From: Antedon mediterranea
Lineage: Eukaryota > Animalia > Echinodermata
Assembly (NCBI RefSeq): GCF_964355755.1
Contig: NC_092678.1
Location: forward strand, 25,065,365 to 25,129,364
Direction of reading: 5' to 3'
DNA length: 64,000 nucleotides
Shown here: positions 14,001 to 26,000 of the stretch, in pieces
How the letters are laid out: every line of letters starts with the position of its first letter
Numbering within the stretch: position 1 is the first letter of the stretch
Program-made: the position numbers and the translations under genes
The notes under the pieces: generated by a model
Told to the model about the DNA's origin: nothing
The model's input: only the letters and a program-made list of their open reading frames with translations
Database searches by the model: none

Positions 14001-17000
14001 ACTTAATCTTCACCTACCGTCTTCTGTTACTGGTTCCAAAGTGGCACCTTCAACAACAAAGACAAAAAAAAGATATTGAATAAGTGATAATATACTGTAT
14101 ACACATCATAGAATAGTGATTCAATGCCTGCTACCTGGCTTAATTGGAAGTTTGTGTGCCACAAAAAGAGCAAAGATTTAGAGTAGGTTCTTAAATCTCC
14201 AAGAAATAGGAATTTGTCTATACGGTGGCGAGGGTGGTGTGGAATGAGTTGTGGTTTGTAAGGTTCAGCATACATATTGGTGGCAATTGCCACTTCACTC
14301 AATCAGCTTAAAGTTTATTTCAAAATGGAGTACTCGGTTACCTGGGAGACAGTTACAGGTATAACAGCCATTATCATCAATTTCATATACACCTGGGCAG
14401 AATCCATAACACACACGAATACCACATTCAGATGATTCTAAGTAAGAAAGATTAAATAGATTATGTGAAAACCAGGGTTAAGACATAATAATAATTATTT
14501 CGATTATATTTGGTAGGAGCCTGTAGACAAGATTTTTACACGGGGGTTCTTTTTCCACAAAAGAGTAAAAAATCATTATGAGATGTGGTAGAATCCCTCC
14601 CCAATCCGTCTTTTGGTTACAGGCTTGATATTGATAGCTTAAGTGATTGTTTATCAATACCTGACACAGTAACTGGTATGCCATCCGATTTTGCTGTTGG
14701 CACTACTTCAACTGCAGGAACAACAACAACTAAAATAGAACAACAAAAGAAAAAGATAAATTTAAAACTTGTTTGGTGCGGTATGATTTTTTTGTGAAAT
14801 CAATTGGTATTATTATTTTGATTAATAACTAAAGGCCATAATACACAATGATAATAAATCAGTAGACTTACGAACTCCATTAGCCGGTGGTGGACCAGAT
14901 CCCAATGGATTCACGGTTTGAATTGACACAGAAAAATCTTCAGAAGTATCAATGTTGCTAAGAACATATTGTGAAGTTGAGGGCGACAAAGAGTATTTCC
15001 AAACTCGATGAGATGATAATGATGTAATGGTTAGGTTGTATTGTGCATCTGAATGTCCTTGGTAAAGTGGGCTAATGGCCTGAAAATGAAAACATAAAAT
15101 GGAAGGGGTATTAATTCATGCAACATCAGATGATGATTATAAACATCTTTTAAAAATCAAATACACTTTCAAGTTTATACTTACACTCCATGTAATCAAG
15201 AGCGAGTCTCCTGTAAAACTGAATTTAATGTTTTTAGGATTTTGACCCGGAGCTCCTGGGGCTGTGCTGACGGTGTTTGATACTGGACTTGGCTCGGATC
15301 GACCGTTATCATTCTCAGCAAATATACGGAATGAGTAATCAAGACCAGATAGGACATAGATTAACGTGCTATTTGAACTGCCAGGTGCTTTTGTAATCTG
15401 TTGCCATCCTAAGTCGTGATATTGAGTACGATACTCAATGATGTAGCGGTATACATATGAAGATGATTGGTCCCACTGTAAGAACACAACATCACTTTCT
15501 TGCAGTTTGGCTCGAACATTAGATGGCGACAGAGGAATACCTATATTAACATTGGAAAACATTTAATCAATTTAAACATTAAAGAGATGATTTTTCAGCC
15601 ATGTTTAAAAAAAAACAATTATGGTAAACTCACCAGATTCAGAGGGTGAGGGAACTGGGCCTGATCCAATGGAATTAAAGGATTGAAGAGTGACCGAATA
15701 ACTGTCAGATGTGTCAATGCCCTTCAATGTGTAAGATGTAGTTGAATGTGACACATTAAATGTCCAACTTTGGCCAGAGGTCAGTGACACTATTGTAAGA
15801 ATATATCCAACACCAGAACTGCCAGAGTACAGTGGACTAATAGCCTAGAAAACAATATCAATAAAATGTTAAGTTTAAAAAAAAAGGTAATATTATTATT
15901 ATTATTTTCTCTATATATCAATAGCAACTAATTTAATAGTAAATAAATAAAACAGTATTATTCTAAAATAATAAACTATTCTATTTTACTCACAGACCAA
16001 CCAATGTTAAGAGAGTGCTCTGAAAAGCTGATGTCAATTTTCTCAGGATTTCGGCCAGGAACACCAGGAGCTGTGGTGATTACGTTGGAGACCTTACTTG
16101 GTTTAGATCTACCGTTTTCATTCTCTGCTATGACACGGAATGTGTATTGCAGCCCTGGCAAAACATCGAAGGCAGTGTTATTAACATCTCCTGAAACCGA
16201 TGCAATCTGCTGCCATCCTAAGTCGTGATATTGAGTGAGGTATTGTACAATGTAACGATCAACGTCAGAGGTTGACTTCTTCCATTCCACAAAAACGATG
16301 TTAGCTTCACGTAGTTCAGCGTTGACGTTAGATGGTGGTTGAGGAGGACCTACAAGAAATAAGCGTATTTGCATTATAAAAAAGAAATAAACGCATTTTA
16401 AAAGAACCAATAACTCCTTAATAAAATGGAATGCAAAAGGTTAAATAGGTACAAATATGTGTAACATAAAGAAACGAGTTTCAAGTTAAACCTACTGGAT
16501 TCCAATGGTGCTGGAACTGGACCGGAACCAATTGAATTGGACGACTGCAAGGTGACAGAGAAACTCTCTGATAGATCGATGCCACTGAGGGTGTAGGAAG
16601 AAGCAGAGGAGGTCACGTTAAAGGTCCAAGTTTGTCCAGATGTCAACGACACGATGGAAAGGATATACTGCATATCTGAACCTCCGTAATATAGAGGACT
16701 GACAACCTTGAAGACAAAAAATACAATGTTTTAAACGCCAATTTTCTTTTGATGCCACTGATATCTTGTTAGATTTTAAAATCTCATTTAAATGGTTTGT
16801 TTCATAATGTTGAAGCTTTAGGAATATAAAAGCCGTCTTTTGGCCTACTTAAGACTTTGTACTAAAATAGAATGTTAAGTTCATCCTTAGAATACTTACA
16901 TCCCAACTGGTAATTAGAGAATCTTCTGCAAATCTAACATTAACATTTTGAGGATTTTGACCTGGAATTCCAGGAGGTGTGGTGATTACGTTGGAGACTT

Positions 17001-20000
17001 TACTTGGTTTGGATCGACCAATAGCACTCTCTGCTACGACACGGAAGGTGTATTCAAGTCCTGGCATTACACTGATGATAGTGCTAGTAAAGTTTACCGA
17101 AACAGATGCAATCTGCTGCCATCCTAAGTCGTGATATTGAGTGAGGTATTGTACGACGTAACGATCCACGTCAGAGGTTGATTTTTTCCATTGCAGGATC
17201 ACGACATTATCATTTAGCTCGGCACCGACTTCAGATGGCGGCTCAATAAAAACTATGAAAAAAATAGTTTAACAAATGAAATGAAATATACTGTGTAAGA
17301 CTACTAAGCATAGTCTAATTCAAGGGTGGGATTTTACTTAAGCATACGGTTATTATGGTCATATACAGTATAGTTTAACATTATATAAGTTTCTCATACT
17401 ACCTTCAATACAGGTACAGGTTGTACAGTTACTATCATCCTTTGCATAGCCGCCTGGACAATACACATAGCATACAATAGTGGGACAACTGTGCTCTAAA
17501 CAAAAGTAAAAATAAAATGATTAAATTATAACTGTTACTTTAATCCTATTTAAAACTAATCTTTAAACTATCTTTATATAAAGTATAATGTGCCCAAATA
17601 TGGCAGATCGATTTACAAAATTAGTTAGGTCGTTTATCTTTAGGCCGGGCACCCCACAAAGAACAGTATTATCGTAGTGATGGCTGATTCGGAAGTCAGA
17701 CAAAGGTCGGTGTGGACCAAGTATGGAGCCGGAAGAATTACCCAAGCCGTGATGGAAAGCGAGGCTGTCGCTCAAACCGGAAACGAATGAGTGGCCTAGT
17801 AGGCTAGTGAACACAACCAGACAACATAATTACAATAAAGTACGAAAATTCGAAAAATAAGGTGTAAGATAAGGTGTGAGATAAATTCCAGTCAAAGTAT
17901 ATTGTGTGTTGACACAAATCCTATCAGTTTAGGAGGATAAAAGGGACTGGTAAAATGTAAAAGTAAAAATTATTTTACTTAGCCAAAATCTGGCGTGGTA
18001 ATCTGTTGACAGCGTGAGGTGAAGCAGATGAGATGCTCACGCTGTCAAAAGATGATTGCGAGGGCGCCCCGCAATCATGTGATATTATTTTAATTAAAAT
18101 TAATGGAGGTATTCCTAGCAATGTTGGTAACTTGAGTGAATGATATAATTTAAGAGATTGATATAATGTTCACATTACCTGACACAGTAACGCTATCAGA
18201 CTTTTTTGTTGGTACCACAACTTCTGTATCGTCGATGATAACTTCTGGAAATCAAAATAAATGTATTTAAAACAGTTAATGCACACAAATTGATTGTTTC
18301 CAAATAGTTTGCGGTAAAAAATATGCAGTTCACTGCTGTGTTGACAACAAATGACATCGTAACTTAATTATCCATCTTGTTCTGACCTACTGACACAGGA
18401 GCCATAAAACATACATCAACATTTGTATTGGTATTTTGTGACTAGCAATAGAGAAGAGAATGAAACATAATATAAGTATCATTTGTTGTAACATGGAGGG
18501 CCATAACAAAATCAGTAGACTTACGAACTCCACTAGCGGGTGGTGGACCAGATCCCAATGGATTCACGGTTTGAATTGACACAGAAAAATCTTCAGAAGT
18601 ATCAATGTTGCTAAGAACATATTGTGAAGTTGAGGGCGACAAAGAGTATTTCCAAACTCGATGAGACGATAATGATGTAATGGTTAGGTTGTATTGTGCA
18701 TCTGAATGTCCTTGGTAAAGTGGGCTAATGGCCTGAAAATGAAAACATAAAATGGAAGGGGTATTAATTCATGCAACATCAGATGATGATTATAAACATC
18801 TTTTAACTCAGTTTAAATTCTGTAAAAATCAATTAAGTTTATACTTACACTCCATGTAATCAAGAGCGAATCTCTTGTAAAACTGAATTTAATGTTTTTA
18901 GGATTTTGATCCGGAGCTCCTGGGGCTGTGCTGACGGTGTTTGATACTGGACTTGGCTCGGATCGACCGTTATCATTCTCAGCAAATATACGGAATGAGT
19001 AATCAAGACCTGATAGGACATAGATTAACGTGCTATTTGAACTGCCAGGTGCTTTTGTAATCTGTTGCCATCCTAAGTCGTGATATTGAGTACGATACTC
19101 AATGATGTAGCGGTATACATATGAAGATGATTGGTCCCACTGTAAGAACACAACATCACTTTCTTGCAGTTTGGCTCGAACATTAGATGGCGACAGAGGA
19201 ATACCTATATTAACATTGGAAAACATTTAATCAATTTAAACATTAAAGAGATGATTTTTCAGCCATGTTTAAAAAAAAACAATTATGGTAAACTCACCAG
19301 ATTCAGAGGGTGAGGGAACTGGGCCTGATCCAATGGAATTAAAGGATTGAAGAGTGACCGAATAACTGTCAGATGTGTCAATGCCCTTCAATGTGTAAGA
19401 TGTAGTTGAATGTGACACATTAAATGTCCAACTTTGGCCAGAGGTCAGTGACACTATTGTAAGAATATATCCAACACCAGAACTGCCAGAGTACAGTGGA
19501 CTAATAGCCTAGAAAACAATATCAATAAAATGTTAAGTTTAAAAAAAAAGGTAATATTATTATTATTATTATTTTCTCTATATATCAATAGCAACTAATT
19601 TAATAGTAAATAAATAAAACAGTATTATTCTAAAATAATAAACTATTCTATTTTACTCACAGACCAACCAATGTTAAGAGAGTGCTCTGAAAAGCTGATG
19701 TCAATTTTCTCAGGATTTCGGCCAGGAACACCAGGAGCTGTGGTGATTACGTTGGAGACCTTACTTGGTTTAGATCTACCGTTTTCATTCTCTGCTACGA
19801 CACGGAATGTGTATTGCAGCCCTGGCAAAACATCGAAGGCAGTGTTATTAACATCTCCTGAAACCGATGCAATCTGCTGCCATCCTAAGTCGTGATATTG
19901 AGTGAGGTATTGTACGATGTAACGATCAACGTCAGAGGTTGACTTCTTCCATTCCACAAAAACGACGTTAGCTTCACGTAGTTCAGCGTTAACGTTAGAT

Positions 20001-23000
20001 GGTGGTTGAGGAGCACCTACAAGAAATAAGCGCATTTGTAAAAAAGAAATAAACGCATTTTAAAAGAACCAATAACTCCTTAATAAAATGGAATGCAAAA
20101 GGTTAAATAGGTACAAATATGTCTAACATAAAGAAACGAGTTTCAAGTTAAACCTACTGGATTCCAATGGTGCTGGAACTGGACCGGAACCAATTGAATT
20201 GGACGACTGCAAGGTGACAGAGAAACTCTCTGATAGATCGATGCCACTGAGGGTGTATGAAGAAGCCGAGGAGGTCACGTTAAAGGTCCAAGTTTTTCCA
20301 GATGTCAACGACACGATGGAAAGGATATACTGCATATCTGAACCTCCGTAATATAGAGGACTGACAACCTTGAAGACAAAAAATACAATGTTTTAAACGC
20401 CAATTTTCTTCTGATGCCACTGATATCTTGTTAGATTTTAAAATCTCATTTAAATGGTTTGTTTCACAATGGTGAAGATTTAGGAATATAAAAGCCGTCT
20501 TTTGGCCTACTTAAGACTTTGTACTAAAATAGAATGTTAAGTTCATCCTTAGAATACTTACATCCCAACTGGTAATTAGAGAATCCTCTGCAAATCTAAC
20601 ATTAACATTTTGAGGATTTTGACCTGGAATTCCAGGAGGTGTGGTGATTACGTTGGAGACTTTACTTGGTTTGGATCGACCAATAGCACTCTCTGCTATG
20701 ACACGGAAGGTGTATTCAAGTCCTGGCATTACACTGATGATAGTGCTAGTAAAGTTTGCCGAAACCGATGCAATCTGCTGCCATCCTAAGTCGTGATATT
20801 GAGTGAGATATTGTACGACGTAACGATCCACGTCAGAGGTTGATTTTTTCCATTCCAGGATCACGACATTATCATTTAGCTTGGCACTGACTTCAGATGG
20901 CGGCTCAATAAAAACTATGAAATAGTTTAACAAATGAAATGAAATATACTGTGTAAGACTACTAAGCATAGTCTAATTCAAGGGTGGGATTTTACTTAAG
21001 CATACGGTTATTATGGTCATATACAGTATAGTTTAACATTATATAAGTTTCTCATACTACCTTCAATACAGGTACAGGTTGTACAGTTACTATCATCCTT
21101 TGCATAGCCGCCTGGACAATATACATAGCATACAATTGTGGGACAACTGTGCTCTACGAAGTCTATAACAAAAGTAAAACAATAAAATAGGAACACATAC
21201 TAATGCATAGGCCTACATCATCAATATTGTATAATACAAAGTCCAACATCTTTCTGTCAACTAAGTTGAAATTAGTTAGCCACCATGTCCCTTTTCTATA
21301 CCACCAGATAGAGTATCTCACCCCACCAAACCCACGTGTGTACCGGTACTCCATGAACACTGACTGCGGAGTTGTTGAAAATTACCTCTCTTATGCGAAT
21401 CTTGGAAAGGCCTATAGGGCCTAGCCTAGTCCTAGGCTACGCTACGACTAGTTTTCTACCTAATATTATTTCCAAAAGGCACTAATAAGGCTATTTGCAA
21501 CACTTGAACATGCTTGTTATTTATTGCTGATGTTCAGTCATTCCATTTAATGTAATTTTGCTAGGCTTTTTAATGCGCTAAGCGGGTAAATATTGGGCGA
21601 ATATTGTTTACACGTCGCTACAGCAAGTATTGGAAAAAGAGAAAAGTTATGTGCATAATTACGCATGCGCAGTTTAAAGTAGGCGGAGCAACATATGTAA
21701 ATTATCCTAATTACAATTCGTACGTGGAAGAAAAAGTATGAATTTTGCTATTAAAAAAGTAATTGAATTAGACAATTCTTGTATAATAAAGTTAGGTTAC
21801 CTTCAATTGTAATAGTTTCAACAATCTCTGTCACAACATCCACTGTAGGTTCATCCGTAGTTTCTACTCCTAAACAGTAAAATAATACAATTTAATTCGA
21901 AAAGAAACATTTTTAAGTGAAATTAATTTAATGTTCATCTCATTTTGGCAGTTTATCATAGTGTGTGATTATTTTAATGTTATAGGCCTATGTCTATATA
22001 TTATTATCTCAATATTCTTTACAACAAGAGCAGCCTGTTAAATACCTGAGGTGGAGTGAGGAAGGAGTGAGGAAGGAGTGAGGAAGGAGTGAGGAAGGAG
22101 TGAGGAAGGAGTGAGGAAGGAGTGCGTTCAAAAAATCAAAAATTCTTAATATAATAGTGCATACTGTGTATTATAAAGCATGGTATTTTATAATAGGTAA
22201 TCCATATATTTCTATGCTTAAGGAAGTTAAGGTGAAGAAAAGAAATTTGCTACAGGGGTCTCGATGGAACTTGTGTATAGTATTATATTTTAGTATTTGA
22301 TCGTGTCAGTATGCCCGGAATGTTATGAGGGTTACACGGTGTAGTAAAGTATATAACGATAGCCACAGGACAGGTTAGGTTTATGACACATTAATGTTTT
22401 TAAAACATTAAAACTACTACATTCGAAATATAGCTAACAATGGATATTTAAGTGTTTCTGTTTTTTTAACAATTAAAGTGAAATTATTTCATTTTGGATA
22501 ATAAATTATTTAAAAGTTCATTTTCATTGATTTAGTAACGAGTAAATAAATATGTATAAAAAAAACAAAACAAAATGCGAAATGCAACTAAGTACTTGAA
22601 TTATATGTTTTTTATTGGAAAACGAAATATGTACAGTACTAAAGTACCGGTAGGCTATTAGTGTTATAGTGCATTAGACTCCTATAACTGTATACTACGG
22701 GTATTAAATGCATCGACGTATTATATATTTTAGCAATATGTTAGCCTATATTTGTGTAAGAAATTGTCTTATTTATTTATGTATTGTCCTGTAAGACTCT
22801 TTGTCATGTTTTTATTGTCCTGTCCGTTTTATGTATAAGAGAGCTATGAAAACGAGCTTTGCTCCTTTGTTTTTTCCTCCATTTTTGTTTTATTTTAACC
22901 ATTAAATAATCTTTGCAATTTGGAAAATAAATTGAATCTTGAATCTATTCGATGTGTGTTAAGTAAAGTATAGTGCATTGGACTAACTCCCTAGGCCCAG

Positions 23001-26000
23001 GTAGTACGGATATTAAAGCGTGGTTCCCACTAGCGACGCAACGCAAGGACATAACGCAACGCAAGTGAATTGACCAATCACAAGCGATGGCTTATTCGCT
23101 TGTGATTGCTAATTTCTATAACTTCGCTTGTCATTGGTTAAAACGCTTGCGTTGCGTTTACGTCCTTGCGTTACGTTCTAGTGGGAACCAAGCTTAACTG
23201 CGTCGACGTCAGCTCTTTAAATATTATATTTGGTGTGTTTTGAACTTAAGCTTGGTTCCCACTAGAACGTAACGCAAGGACGTAAACGCAACACAAGCGT
23301 TTTAACCAATGACAAGCGAAGTTATAGACAGTTAGCAATCACAAGCGAATAAGCCATCGCTTGTGATTGGTCAATTCATTTGCGTTGCGTTACGTCCTTA
23401 CGTTGCGTCGCTAGTGGGAACCACTCTTAATGTATAGATATAGTGCATTTGACAGATCACTAGACCTATACTGTACTACGAATATTAACTGCGTCGGCGT
23501 CAGCTCTTTAAACTAAAGATAGATAAAGTGCATTTGACAGATCACTAGACCTATACTGTACTACGGATATATTAACTGCGTCGGCGTCAGCTCTTTAAAC
23601 TAAAGTATGGATATAGTGCATTCGACACTGGGCCTATATATTATCTACGTTGGCGTGGGCTGTTTAATCATTTTAATAAAACAAACACAGCCAGGTATCT
23701 TACTTTATAAAAGCGGCTAAGAATGCGTTAAGAATGTGTAGGTTATCATAATCTAAGGTAGCTTGCTGTGAAACCAGGGTGTATCTAATCATTTAATAAA
23801 GTAAATAATAGGCAGGACATCTTTAATGCCATGTCAAGAATGTCTGTTGCCTGTATTGACTACAACATGTGTCATGGGTGATATGAGTGATATATTCAAT
23901 TTCACTTTGATCTCAATAATAATAATAATAATAAAGTGTGATATATGTGATATGTAAGTGTAGTGTAATTAGTAAGTGCTAAAAATAAAAATTGTTGAAT
24001 ATGTGTGTCATAGTGTAAGGTGAATTTGAGGTAACTGGGTCATCAGATCATTCAATATAGGCCTAGAATATACTTGCCTGGCCATGTTACGTGTATGCAT
24101 TATTCTGTAGATATAGTTTTTATTTATACGTTGTATTTACCTGGTAAACATGTACATGTATCACAGCCATTTCCATCTATCTCATAACCAGTAAGGCAGA
24201 TTTCATAACATATTCTGATACCGCAGCCTTCAGCTTCTATAACAAAAAAAGTTTTACTGACGTAAGCACAACGCAACTACGGCGCGTACACGTGAAGCAC
24301 ATAGTCATTTTACCAATCACAAGTGACGTTGCACAACAATGTTGCGTTTCGCATAACATTGCGTCCTAATTGAAAAGTAAAGTTACATTTGACACCAAAT
24401 CAGATACTAAGATACTAACCTTCCACAGTGATTTGTTCGGTTGCCATCTCAACCACTTCAGTAACAACTTCAATTACCTCTGTAGGAACTATAAATTAAG
24501 AAATATAGAAATAAAATGTTAGGCAATCTTCTTTCTAAGGTTTTGACATTAAAAAACAATATGCAATAGAAAAGTGCTGATGTGCGTACTACACAAACAA
24601 TGATAGTGTCATGACAACATGACGTAATATTTAAACTATGCGTACGTACCTGGTGGGTCTAAGCATACACAGGTCTCACAGTTGTTTTTATCAACTTCTT
24701 TTCCGTGGTCACATTCAGATGGACAAATCAGAGCTGGACAACCGGGGTCTGCAAAAATGATTGTGTTTTGTATTCACATGTGTTTAAATTATGTACTTTC
24801 TTTTAAGGCTTAAAATGTGTATTATTTTGTGTTACTTTTTAGTCTCAAAAGTACTGCAGCTTTTATGTATACAAATAAGTTTGTTTCTTACTCTGCGGAT
24901 CTTCCTTGCAGCTGCATACTTCACAGCCATCTTCATCAACATTGTTTCCAAGAGCACAGAAAGCCTTGCATAGCAACGGAATTGGTTCACATTGTACTTA
25001 AGAAAACATAATAATCATTATAATGGTTCAAAATGTTCAATTAACATAAGTTCAACTCAAACAAAGCCAACTCCAATTACTCAACCATACCATTGAGAGG
25101 AATACTGGGTTTACAAACATCAAGGGTCCCTTAATATTGGTTTCCAAAATATAACGCAACGAAAAATATATAACTAGAAACAAAGTACTTTCTTTGTTTT
25201 ACCTGGTAGACATGTACATGTTTCACAGCCATTTTCGTCTTTCTCATAACCATTAGGGCAGTATCCATAACATACTCTGATACCACAACCTGGTTCTATA
25301 CCAAAACGAGGTTTTGAAAATTAATTATTTGTAATTATACTTAACTTAAATTGGAAAATCATGGTAAGCCAAGTGGTTCAATTCCCACTATAGTATAAAA
25401 TGCAACGCACAACTGGACGCACACGCGGCGTAATTGGACGCACACGCGACGTAATTGGACGCACACGCGACGCAACTGGACGCACACTCAATGTAATTGG
25501 ACGCACACGCGACGCAACTGAACGCACACGCAATGTAATTGGACGCACACGCGACGTAATTGGACGCACACTCGACGCAACTGGACGCACACGCGACGTA
25601 ATTTGGCCAACGCCATAGAACATGATCTTCTTGCGAACCGTCACTTGTGTTACGCATACATTTGTTGTTGCTGTGCATATACGTTGCGTCCTAAGTCCAA
25701 ATACAATTTTATTTATAATTTACAAAAAAAAGTTATATTTTAGGGTATAGTATAGTAGTACAATACTAACTTTCCACAGTGGTTGTTTCGGTTACCATGT
25801 CAACCACTTCAATAGCGTCAACTTCAATTACCTCTGTAGGAACTATAAAGTAAGAAACATAACAGGAAATATATTATATATCGGAATACTAGTATATTCC
25901 TCAATTGTTGCAAAAACTCATCCACCTTAGTTGGGAACAAGTTAGGAAATAAAATTTCACTTACTTGGTAAACATGTACACGTATCACAACCATTTTCAT

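Noticed and set aside
25378-25678. Arg-rich repetitive ORFs on both strands
   Set aside because: 21-bp minisatellite translations with no splice or domain support.
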